This document shows, one piece after another, positions 12,405 to 24,446 of a DNA stretch of 64,000 nt (the stretch's first letter is position 1; every line of letters begins with the position of its first letter). Below the pieces are notes generated by a model. The model was not told the DNA's origin. It searched no databases and was given only the letters and a program-made list of their open reading frames with translations. Position numbers and translations under genes: made by a program. This DNA is from Proteromonas lacertae (Eukaryota): positions 62,001 through 126,000 of the forward strand of contig NGBS01000015.1 of the NCBI GenBank assembly GCA_002245135.1, read 5' to 3'.

Positions 12405-13967
12405 TTGCTAAAGAATTCATTTGAGAATGTTATTCAGGAGATTATTGAAATTAATTCACTTAATCATTTAGGATTGATGAAGTATAGTTTAATAAGTCAG
12501 AAGACATTTTTCGATATAATAAATACTATATCTTTTTTCAAAGAAACAGGTTATTATGAAGTTTTAATTGGAATATGTAGTAGTATAAAGTGTATACATG
12601 ATAATAATAACTTTCATGGTGATTTAAAACCTTCAAACATTTTTTTAAATGATAAAAATGAAATTATAATCAGTGATTATTTTAAATAATGAATTATATA
12701 AAGGAAAAGAAGATGAAAAAGTAGAAAAGAAATATGATGTGTATTTTATTAGCAGAGAAGAATTATTAGGAGAAGAAATAAGTAAAGAAAGTGATATATG
12801 GAGTTTTGGATGTATATATTTCTTTATAATAAATGGTAGTTATATATTTAAAGGAGAAAATAGAATGAAAACGTTGAATAATATAAATGATATTAAATAT
12901 AGAAGATTCGATGGAGAGTTTAATGATGTATTAAATAGTTTGTTAGAGAAAATATTCATAAGTGAAAATAATAAAAGAATAAATATTGATAGTGTAATTG
13001 ATGAATTAAAACAAATTAATAGTGTAGGACATCTTCCTTTGTTATCTACAAAAGTAAAAATGATAGCTCCAAAACAACGTAAACTTAAATTGCCTTCCAA
13101 TGTATCACCATCAAACATGCAGCAAAAGAGTCAACCTCCATCACCGCCCAAATTTACACCTTTACCTCCATTTCAACCACCTTATCAACAGCAACAACAT
13201 CTATTTAATAACTCACCTCCTCCTCAATATCAATATCAATATCAATATGATGTATATGGTGATGTAATACCTCCTCAATTATCATTTGGTAATGAAATTC
13301 CACCACCTCCACTTCCTCAACATAAGCAACAACAACAATATTTTAATCTTCCACCACCATCTCCTACATTTCCATCATTCAATAACCAAAAACCACCTTA
13401 TTATCAATCACAATCTCAACAATATCCTCAATTAAAACAATATGACAGATATGGTGATGTAATTCCACCTCAAATGCAATGTAATAATCAGCAACTTCCT
13501 CAACCTTATTTTCAACCTCCTTCTCCTCCTGTTTATAGCAAACCACCTTCCGCAACCTCCAATTCAACAACATTTTAAAGAAAATCAAAAAGAAACTTCA
13601 TATTCATCTTCATCACCACCTTCTGATTCTTCTGATTCTTCTTCAGTTTCATCTTCTTCAGATAATGAAGATAGTGGTAATGTATTTCGAGCTAATGTTC
13701 CTTCTAATGCAAAATGTAAACAATGTGGTATGAATAAAAATCAGCTGAAAAGAATGGGTTGTACAATAGCAAAATTGAATGTATATTTTGATATTTATTA
13801 ATTTGTAGTGTGAACATTATCTATGTTCAGCATGTGTTAAAGAATTCTTGTTTAATAATCATGATAAAGATGGCAATTTTTATTGTCTTTCATGTGGTAA
13901 GGCAAAAAGCAAATTTAGACCAGCTGAATTGGTGGAAAGAGGGATTTTATATGATTTTGATGTTTAA
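12405..13967 (+). CDS. Protein kinase-like domain + Pro/Gln-rich linker + C-terminal C3HC4 RING finger (frameshifted; 5' end unresolved)
   Basis: HGDLKPSNIFL, SDIWSFGCI. +1 shifts at about 12687 and 13550. After an intron at about 13781-13808 it reads CKQC...CEHYLCSAC...CLSC. Confidence 0.6.
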
Positions 13968-14070
13968 GCATCCTTAATATTATATCATTTATTATATTCA
14001 TATGATTTGAATAAAAAATATAAAGTATCAGAAACTGTTTATATAACGTAATTTAAAGTAAAAATTTCAG

Positions 14071-14142
14071 TCCGCTATAGTATAGTGGTTAGTATCCCCG
14101 CCTGTCACGCGGGAGGCCCGAGTTCAATTCTCGGTGGCGGAG
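14071..14142 (+). tRNA. tRNA-Asp(GTC)
   Basis: Acceptor stem TCCGCTA/TGGCGGA, D arm TAGTGGTTA, anticodon arm CCCGC-CTGTCAC-GCGGG, T loop GTTCAATTC, downstream T-run. Confidence 0.95.
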
Positions 14143-14266
14143 ATATTTTTTATTTCTTTTTCACTATTGTATTTATATTTTATATTAATTTTTGTTGCTA
14201 GTGTGTTGAAGCATTGAAAAATAAAAATAAAATGTTGAAGTATAGAATGCTTGTTTTAAGAATGAA

Positions 14267-14790
14267 ATAGATTTAAGTATGAATGACTTTACTATTCCAT
14301 TAATCAAACAGATAAACTTTTCATAGCTTTAATTATCTTGTAATAATAATACATCAAAAGGATTAAAAGAATTCTAAACTTCTTTCCTAATGATATATTT
14401 CAATTGCTAATAATACAATTGGAGATGAAGGAAGAGTAATATGTGAAATTTTGGATAAATTTGATGAAGAATTTTAATCAAATATGTCTTTCAAGTATTA
14501 GTATGAGAGAAAAAGGTATTAATAACATTGATAGAAAGATGAAAATTATTATAATCAATTAGAAAAGATAAATATATCTAGTAATGAATTAAAGGAAAAT
14601 GAGTTGAATTTGATTAAAGAAAATAACCAAATATTTGATTGTTTAGATAAATTATCTGTAACAGTGAAAGAAGATATAAATAAACGGACTTAAAATAATT
14701 TGTAGAAAATTTTTCCACATTTAATATGAATCAAAATAGATGGAATATGAAATGAAAAAAGCATTATCAAAAGAATTTGAATTTGTTTAA
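14267..14790 (+). pseudogene. Degraded remnant of the LRR 3' end of a kinase-LRR family gene
   Basis: Collinear similarity to 39912-40498 (ATTCCA.T..T.AAACAGAT, AT.GGAGATGAAGGA, ATGAG.GAAAA.GGT, TTGAT.AAAGAAAA) with several stops and frameshifts. Confidence 0.65.
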
Positions 14791-14804
14791 TAAACATTAA
14801 TTAA

Positions 14805-17800
14805 TCAATTACAAAAATGTTTTAAACTATCATATTTGTTTTCAAGCGAAGTTAATTCTATTTTCAACTTTTCTAATAAATCTTTCTTTTCATTCTTTTT
14901 CTATTAAACAATATTAATAATCACAATTATAATAATACTTCTTCATTTAAATGATTGATTTTATTGTTTAATAAATCATCAGTTTTATTCATTATTTCAG
15001 TTATCTTTTTCATTTTATTCAATACTTTATCTATCTCATTCTTTAGAAGATCTTTTGTATTGTCATTAATCATTATTGATTCATTTATTGATATATCATC
15101 TGATAACTTTTGACAATATGATAAAAATATATCACAATCATCACTATTTTCATTCTATTTATATAAATATATTAAATATATACAATTGAAAGTTTATTAA
15201 TTTTTGTAACTGATTCTATATATGGTTTATATTCTTCATATAATCGTAATAAATCTTTATTATTACATATTATATTTATTGAATATTCACTCTTCACACT
15301 TTTACATAAGACTTCAAATGATCGAATATGATGAACTAAATCTAATATTTTCTAATTATTTATAACATATATTATATATATATATTGATATATACTTCAA
15401 ATTCATTTTCTATATCTTTATTATGATAGTCAAAATTTTCAATTTTTGGATAAGATTTTTCATTTAATGAATCAATATTATTTCTCAATTCTTTTCGTAT
15501 TAATATCTTATTATATAAATATTCGGTTATAAATGGCATAAATGGTGTTAATATTAATAAATAGTTATACATCACAAATCCCAAGATTTGATTTGTTGTT
15601 GTACAATGGATATTTCTCAAATCAACTTTGGAAAACTCCAAATAACTAATAAACAATAAAATAAATATAAAATAAATAGAATATATACTTATCACAAAAA
15701 TCATGTAAAAAGAATTCAACAATTTCATTTGTTACATTATAAAATGAATAATTATTCATATTATTATTTACATTTTCAATTAAATGACTCAATCTTGATA
15801 AAATCCACATCGAATGTAAAGGTAATGGATAATTATCACATATTTTCATACTACTCAAACTTTCTACACAATAGATATTATTCATTTCATAATATTTCAC
15901 ACAATTCCATAATTTATTACAAAATCTTTTGGAAGATAAAAATCTATTTATATCTATATTTATTGATTTTGATTGTTTTAAATAAGAAAATAAACAGAAT
16001 CTTAAACTATCCAAACCAACTGCTTCAATACCATTTGGATATTGTGATTCGATTAATTTTATTGATTTTTGTATTTCTTTCATTGATAAATTACCATTAT
16101 TCTTTATATTCTTTATCATTTCTTCTTTCTTTATTCCATTCATTATATTCAATGGATCTATCACATTTCCGACACTTTTTGACATCTTTCTACCACTTGA
16201 ATCTCTCACTAATGGATGTAAATATACATTTTTGAATGGCAATTGATTTGATAATTTCTTACATAACATTGCTTCTCGTAAGACCCAAAAGAATAATATA
16301 TCACTTCCAGTTTCCATTAAACTTAACGGATATCTTTTATTATCAAGTTCATTAGGCCAATTACAACTTGATAATGGTAAAATACACGACGAAAACCATG
16401 TATCTAAAACATCATCATCTTTTATTATATCACATTCATTTAATGATTTATTGAATTTATTTTTACACTCTTTTTCTATTTCACTTTTACTATTATTACA
16501 TACAATCCAACCTAACATCTTATTATTATTATTATTATCTAGTACTTTATAAGCTGGGATTCTATGTCCCCATTTAATTTGACGGGAAATACACCAAGGT
16601 TGAGGATTAGATAACCATCTTATACAAGCATTCTTATAGTTCGATGGATATATTCTTAATTCATTATTATTTATTGATTCTAATATTGAACTACTAAGTG
16701 TAGGTGTGTCTATAAACCATTGAGGTAGTAATAAGGGTTCTATTATATCACCACTTCTTGAACATTTGCTTATTGTCATTCCATATGATTCAATATTGCT
16801 TAATCTATATATCATTATTACCTTCATTATATTATATATACAGTTTTTTATCATTTAAATATCTAATTACTTCATTTCTTGCTACAAATCGATCCATACC
16901 TTTAAACTGCAAACATTTTTCATTTAATGTTCCATTTTTATTCATTATATTAATCTAATAAAATAAGTAAAAGATATATATATATATATACCATATTCAA
17001 TTTATTTCTTACTCCACATTCATAATCATTTACATCATGCGCAGGTGTTACTTTTACAGCTCCAGTACCAAACTTTGGATTAACCAATAGATTATCTTGA
17101 ATTACTGGAATGATTTGATTGGTTATTGGATTCTTTACATATTTGCCAATGTATTTGTGATATCTTTCATCTTTACTATTCACTGCAAGTGCTGTATCAC
17201 CAAATAATGTCTCTGGTCTTGTCGTTGCTACAGTAATATAGTCGTTATTATCATTTTGTAACGGATATTTTATAAAATAGAGTAAACCCATTTTGATTGG
17301 CTTATTATGATTTGGTAAAGTAATATAAGAATTACCTTTTATTTCTTCATAATCAATTTCTATATCCGATATTGTTGATTGTAATGCAGGACACCAATTT
17401 ACTATTCTTTTATTTCTATATATTATATTATCATTATATAGCTGAATAAATGCAGTTTTTACAGCATTTGAATGTTTTTCATTCAATGTAAAATATTCAT
17501 TTTTCCAGTCTAATATTGTGCCCATTTTCTCTAATTGTTTGTGAATAATGTCTTTATGCTGATTTGATAAGTGATGTATCTATTAATTACAATTAATTAC
17601 AATAATCATACTTTCTCAAGAAATTCTTCATCTGTAAGACTATTTTTATCAATTCCATTCTTATGTAATACTTTTTCAATTACTGCCTATTAAAATATAG
17701 ATAAAAAAAGAAAACATGCTTGTGTGGCTATACCAGCATGATCAAAACCTGGAATATAAGACACATTATATCCAGACATGTATTTATATCTTGCAATTGA

Positions 17801-18063
17801 GTCTTCTATCGAGAGTGTCAAAGCATGACCGATATGAAGAACACCAGTAACATTTGGAGGAGGTAATATCTAAAATTTTATATTATCAGTGTTTTTACCA
17901 TTGAATAATAAGGTGCATTTGGATTATGTTTCTGAGTAACAAACTTATTAATATTTGAGAAATAAAACTGTTCAACAACTTCATGATCAAATGTCTTAGG
18001 TATAGAAGAGACTAATACACGATATAATAGAGATATACATGACCTTCTGAAGAGAAATTGCAT
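14805..18063 (-). CDS. VARS: Valyl-tRNA synthetase, probably organelle-targeted
   Basis: [14 protein letters not shown] (HIGH), [40 protein letters not shown]-terminus [15 protein letters not shown] looks like a presequence. Multiple short introns. Confidence 0.93.
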
Positions 18064-18219
18064 TTTTTTAAATTTTGGCTTGAATGAAAAGCTTGGTTCT
18101 AACATCAACATATCAGCCATCTATTATTTTAGAATAAATAAAAACATTATGTAAAGCAATTAAAGATCAAATTCACTAGACAAAAATGAATAATAAAATA
18201 CAATTAAATATATATCTAA

Positions 18220-19334
18220 TTAAAAGATCAAATCCTTTCTATTTTTCATTCTTTGTGTCTCTCTCTTCTGATTAAGTTGTTTATACAACGTCTTTTGATA
18301 TATTTCTGGCTCAACTTTAATATAATCCGGTATTTTTAGCTTAATAGGATGTGGATAAATAATCTCATCATCAACATCATGAAATTCTGCCAAATACGGA
18401 TGTCTCAATGCATTTTCAACAGTCATTCTCTTATCAGGATTAAACACCAAACATTTAGTAATAAAATCTAATACTTCAGCTGTACCAGTTGTAGTAAAAA
18501 TGTGTGATAATGGTATTTGAACTGTGTTTGATAAATCTTCTAACATCACTTTCGCATAACTTGAATGAGTATGAAATATATCTTCGTTACTAGGGAATCC
18601 TGTAACGGATAATATTCTTTCTAATTGGTTCATTGTGCTGGTACCAGGGAATAACGGTTTTTCTAACAATAATTCCGCTAATAAACAACCAACTGCCCAA
18701 ATATCAACTGAATAATCGTAATATGTACTTCCTAGTAATATTTCGGGAGCTCTGTACCATCTGGTGGCAATGTAATCTGTTACTATTGCTTTTTCTGTAG
18801 GAGATTCTTCGTCTGGGATGATGGATCTGCATAAACCAAAATCACATAGTTTAATTACACAATTTGGATAAACTAATATATTGGATGGTTTTATATCACG
18901 ATGTATTAATCCTGCAGAGTGTATATACTTTAATGCTTTTAGAATCTGATAAATAATATACTTTCTATGGATATCTTCGAGTATATGACTTCTAATTATT
19001 GTATATAAATCTGTATCTAATTGTAATATATAATATGAGAAATAATACCAATATATTCAAATACTAAATATATATCTTTCTTATTCTCTGCTTCAATCAC
19101 TTCCAACAGCTCAACTATGTTCTCATGACCTTTAAGTTCTTCTAAATACATTATTTCACGATAAGTCCTTTGAGCATCAGTTGAATTCCTAAAAGCATCA
19201 TAACATTTCTTTAAAGCAACAGGATTTCTAGTTCTTTTGTCAAGAGCTTTCCAAACAACTCCATATGCACCTTTTCCAAGCATTTGAAGTATTTCATATT
19301 TTCTTAACACTGCTACTTCAACTATTTCAGTCAT
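18220..19334 (-). CDS. MAPK15: MAP kinase, ERK7/MAPK15 subfamily
   Basis: GKGAYGVVWKA, DAFRNSTDAQRTYREI, HRDIKPSN, TDYIATRWYRAPE, PLFPGTSTMNQLERI. One intron at about 19017-19048. Confidence 0.9.
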
Positions 19335-19726
19335 TTTCGTTTTTGGTAACGAATATAATTTTAGAACTCTTATCTCGCTAAATAGTAATAATATGGGGGT
19401 GAAATAAAACACATATGAAAGATGTGCTAATGTTAAAAAATCTGTTGATATTTACACTTACAATGAGTGATATAAATCTGAATGAGTAGTTTTGCTTGTT
19501 ATATCTCATTTATCTCATGGTATTATAAACAAATGTAAAGAGAAATTAAATGATAAAGGAAGGACAAGTTTTAATTTTCAAAATCTCTTTTCAACCACAT
19601 AAAAATAACTTATGCTTATTTCGAATTTAAATTCGATATAAATATTAATATTCAAATAATATTGTCTTGAATTGTGTTTATAGATAAAAAAAACTAATCG
19701 TTTTATGTCGTTTTTTATTGTTTTGA

Positions 19727-22700
19727 ATGATTAAATACTCATTACTGTTAGCGCTTTTTATTTTATCTCTGGTTTCAGGGTATTATATTGCATATATACG
19801 ATATTTAGCGAGGACTTTTGTGCAGTTTCAAAGATAAAGAGGAAATTATCGAACGAAATGTTTTCTAAGACTAGTGATTATGATGCTACACAGAGATTAG
19901 TAGAACAGACTGCCAAAAGATTGATGAAAATGAAGTATAGAGATCATACAATGTCATTTATGCAATGTTCAGTATTATCTCCAGAAAAAGGAGATCCTGA
20001 AGTTAAAATTGCATTTGATTCCAACCTTAGAATATCCAATAGGTTATTTAAATGATTCTTTAGCTAGAAAAATGTTAAATAGTGATAAAGTGTTAGAAAT
20101 TTTGAAAGGTGACAAAGTAGATTCAACATATTTTGACGATCCATTCGAAGATAACTTTGAAGAAAAAATAATGAAAGAAATAGGGTTAAATGCTGTGGAA
20201 ATGTATATATATATATATTATTAAACAATAGACTTCCTCAAGTATTAGATTCAATGAATGGTGGATTATCTGTATGGTTACTAATTGGAATAAATCAATT
20301 AATAGCAATGAAAGTATACTTTAAAGAAGCAGATTTTAGTTATTTAAAAGGATGTGGATTTGAACAAGCTAAAATGTGGTATCCTATGCTTGTTCCAGCT
20401 ATTCCATTTTTACCTAGAGCAGACGGTACAAAACCAAACGCTTCATGGACTCGTCCTACTGCAGATCTAAACATTGGTTTATTAATGACTGAATATGTTG
20501 TACCACTCTATAAAGAAAGTGCTGCTCATAATAATGAAAAGAGATATTATGGTCAATTAATTGCTGATATTGCTATAGAAATGGTATTTGGAACTGTTAC
20601 TAGAGTAACACCAACTGCTAATGGATTTTATTTCTTAATGTCAATGGAGAATGGAGCTATAGTTAGTACTAATGATTATGTTATGGTTGAATTGTTTCAC
20701 AATGAAACTGCTAATGTCTCATATTTTTACAGTAAGGATATTTATTTAACTACATCTGACTCTGGTTGGAAGAATTTATTTCAAATAGTTAAAGTTGGAA
20801 AAGAAGATCATTATGAAGTTCCAAAATGGAAAGATAATAAAATTGTTTACTATATAACCTGGGAAGTTGTTGAGAAGTATAAATATGCATTAGTTGCTGC
20901 AATACCAACTAATGAACTATATGGTGCATCTTGGACAGTTGAACCATCTGTTATTACATTCAGATATACAACAGGAGAGAAAAAATCAACAGCAAAATTG
21001 ACTGTAAAGAATACTGGTTTATATGATGGTAAATTCACTATCACCACTAATGATAAAGTGTCTTTAAGTCAAACAGCTGGTCAACAATATGATTTAAATA
21101 AGGACAAATCAATTGAATTCACTTTCACTTATGATTTGACTAAAGGGTACGATGATAATTTAGTAATTACATTCTCACCAGCTGGTGACAATATTGAATG
21201 TTATACTGCAATTCTTACACCAGTAAAAACAGAGAATATTGATTGTGTTCCTAATGATTATTCAGTGGAATTAGGAGAATGTATAGATTACTATAGAGAT
21301 GTTATTTATTCAAAGAAAAACTCTAGTTATTGTAGAGATGGAATGCCATTACCTGATAAAGAATCAATTCCTTGCGAGTGGATGGATGGAGCTGCATTTA
21401 TCGCAGTGACTATAATAGTAAGTGCTGTAGTCTTATTTGTAATGATTTATACTGCTGTAAAACAAATTAAGAATTTCTCTGAATTGAGAGCTTTATTAGC
21501 ACCATTATTCTTTTATACTTTTGCTGTTGGAATGATTTTATTGGTTGTTTCTGTATTGGTATTGGCTTTAGGAAAGTTGAATAAAGCTGATTGTGCAATG
21601 TATGAAGTGTTCAGAGGTATTGGTTATTCATTTATTGCAACAGCCGATGTGGGTTACTTTAATGCAAATTAATACTGTATAAGATATATTTTTAAATCTA
21701 TTTTTATTAGAAATTTGTGAATAATGATATTATCTTCATTAGAGATATCTTCTATCTCCTTGAGTTTCTTGTTCCTGTTGTTGTTCTTGAAGCAGTTATA
21801 CTTTATTTAACATCTCCATTCTTTGATGATTGGAATAAAGAGTTAAATGGTAAAACAATTGTTATGACAACCTGTATGAATTCTGATGATTTAAAGAGTG
21901 GTTTTATGGATATTCTCATTGTATATATATGTAAATATATATATATTTATTTTATAGTTGGTAATTGCAGTTATTAATATAGGATATGCCATAAAGATTC
22001 TCACTTCCAAAGCTGAATTAGGTAAATCAACACTTCAAGTAACAAGAGCTTGTGGTATTGGTAGTTTTCTTCTATTAATCAATCCATTAACTTCATTTGT
22101 GACAAAGAATGGATTTCCAAACTTCGCTATAATTAGTTATATTTATTTAGCAATCATCTTGTTATTGACATTTGTTATGATTGCTTTAACTCCATTCAGA
22201 CAATGGTTCTTCTGTAAAAGTCCTGAAGTTACTCCTGATACTAAAACCATGTTTTCTCAAGTACTTAAAAATCCAATCACTAGATTATATCTACAGAAAC
22301 ATATGAAAGATTTATTACAAGAAGAAAATATCATATTTTGGGAAGCTGTGAATGAATTAAGAAACGCACCAGATCTTCCAGAGAATATAATGCATGAATG
22401 TATAATGCATATTTATAAGAGATTTATATCTGAAAGTGGAGATTTAGAAATCAATATTAACGATGCAATGAAGAAGGAAATCACTAAACAAGTTAATTCT
22501 AATATATTAACATTAGATATCTATGATAAAGCAATGGCTGAAATGGAAGACATGATTAATGTAAATGCATTTTATACATTCCAATCATCAGCTCATTTTG
22601 AAGGTGCTAAAACATTAATGAATTGGTATAACAACTATGCCAAGATGGAACCTCAAGCTCAAAGTGCAGTATTTATAAAGGTGATGCAAGATGGTATATA

Positions 22701-23003
22701 TATAAGTGGTAGAGAATATTATATCTTTTTTATTTATTGTATATTTATCAATTGAATTGTATTTCTTAATTAACTGTTTTACTCGTTGATGGATTTGATA
22801 ATCCTCCAAGATGGGATAATGCTGGCTTTGGTGGTGTATTTAAGAATAAAATATCAATACCTACTGGTGGTAATGGAAATAGTAGATCAACATTAGCTGC
22901 TGTTCTATCAGGATCAAGTGCAACAGGATTAGGAGGAAATGGAAGTCAAAGAGAAACTAATACAAGTTATACTACTCCAGTAACACCAGTAGATGAAGAT
23001 TAA
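19727..23003 (+). CDS. Signal peptide + dCache-like sensor + Ig-like + Cys-rich + 7TM + RGS receptor
   Basis: Spliced start MIKYSLLLALFILSLVSG. Cache-like WY...WTRPTAD...VPLY...YGQLIADI, GFYFLMSMENG and YALVAAIP. About 7 hydrophobic segments. RGS EENIIFWEAV...IYKRFISE...EININ. GT-AG introns, one AT-AC intron and two +1 frameshifts (about 20030, 21647). Confidence 0.75.
22721..22782 (+). other. U12-type AT-AC intron (62 nt)
   Basis: 5' ATATCTTT, branch-like TTTCTTAAT, 3' TTAC. Removal gives EYFVDGFDNPP, open to TAA at 23001. Same position and phase as 3469-3536. Confidence 0.82.
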
Positions 23004-23206
23004 ACACCAGTATTCTATTTTTATAAAATAATCTAGGTTATAATTGATATTATTATGATAATTATTATTTTATAGTATTTTTTCAGATGTGTTTATTGGC
23101 TAATTCACTTTCTTTTTAATTTTTAAATATATATCCGTTTCGCATTCTATTCTTTTGTTGTTTTCTCGCTTGTTAATAAATATATTTATTTAAAATATAC
23201 AAGAAA

Positions 23207-24361
23207 ATGAATTATATATCATGTTTATATCAAAAAAGAGGAATAAAACCCAAATTACTACAGTATTTAGAGGAATCTGTTCAGTCACTTAATAGAGTAA
23301 TGGCAACTTATCATACTCGTTTCAATGAGCTATTATATTCCAACTGTTCATCGCTAGAAAATGCTATTGGTGAAAATGAGGATGTAATAGAAAATAATGC
23401 TATTAATGAATATAATATCAATAATATAATCAATAATATATTATATAGACTGTTGATATATGATAAGTTATGTATGTATCATGTGGAATTGAGAATTAGT
23501 TCAAATAATTTCTTAGATAATGATAATATTAAGATAGATGATGATTTTGTGTGGAACATAAATGTAAAACATGAAAATAATAAAGTGAAAGAATTTATAT
23601 CATATGTAAATGAAAAAATTCAAAATAAAAACATACAATCAAATGCAATGATATTGGAGGAATTGCAGTTAGAATTGGAAGATGAAAACAATGATTCTTA
23701 CATGGATAATAAAATAAAATCATATGTAGACTTTTATTTCATTAAAATAAACACATTAAATGAATTAATTAGTATATATTATCTGTTATTTTATATAATT
23801 AATTAGGAAAAAGAGTAAATCGAGAAATACAGAAATATAAAGCTGCAAATAGTGTTGAATTAGAAATGAATGGATGTATATTATATATATATATATATAT
23901 AATTAAAATTAATAGATAAACATCCACTCTTTATTAGTGGAGCAGAATATTTAAGTTTTTGTCTTTTTTCACTCAATAATATCAAACTGTTGGATATATC
24001 ATGGTGTGGAATAGAAGATGAAGGATTTAAATATATTTGTTTAAATTTCAATAAAATGAAGAATTTGGAAGAATTACATTCATGTTGTAATAAAATAACA
24101 GATATAGGAATTCAGTATTTTTGTGATTATTGTCATAATATTAGAAGTTTACTTTTACTTGATTTGAGATGCAATATTATTAGTATTGATGGATGCAATA
24201 TAATATCAGATAATATAGCAAAATGTCCTAATTTGAATAATCTGTGGTTGGATAGAGATATTTTTAATAATAATGAAAAGATAATATCCAATATAAAGAA
24301 TAAACATCCCAATAAAGATTTGAATGTAACTTTATCAAATGTGTTTACAGGATTTATTTAA
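23207..24361 (+). CDS. Leucine-rich repeat (RNI-like) protein
   Basis: LDISWCGIEDEG, LEELHSCCNKITDIG, LDLRCNIISIDG; two short introns. Confidence 0.7.
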
Positions 24362-24446
24362 TTTTAATTATTTCTTTTTTAACGTTTTATCCTACTATTT
24401 ATCAATTAAAAAAAATCATATTAAAAAATATATATATATTAATAAA

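Noticed and set aside
12681..12690. Euplotes-like +1 programmed frameshifting at AAA-TAA (also AAA-TGA at 20050, AAG-TGA at 56629)
   Set aside because: Other shifts lack the motif, both directions occur, and homology places several indels upstream of the stop. Assembly error is the simpler explanation.
1..14800. Autonomous transposon, virus or CRISPR array
   Set aside because: I saw no transposase, reverse transcriptase, capsid, terminal repeats or repeat-spacer pattern; the genes carry host-type introns.
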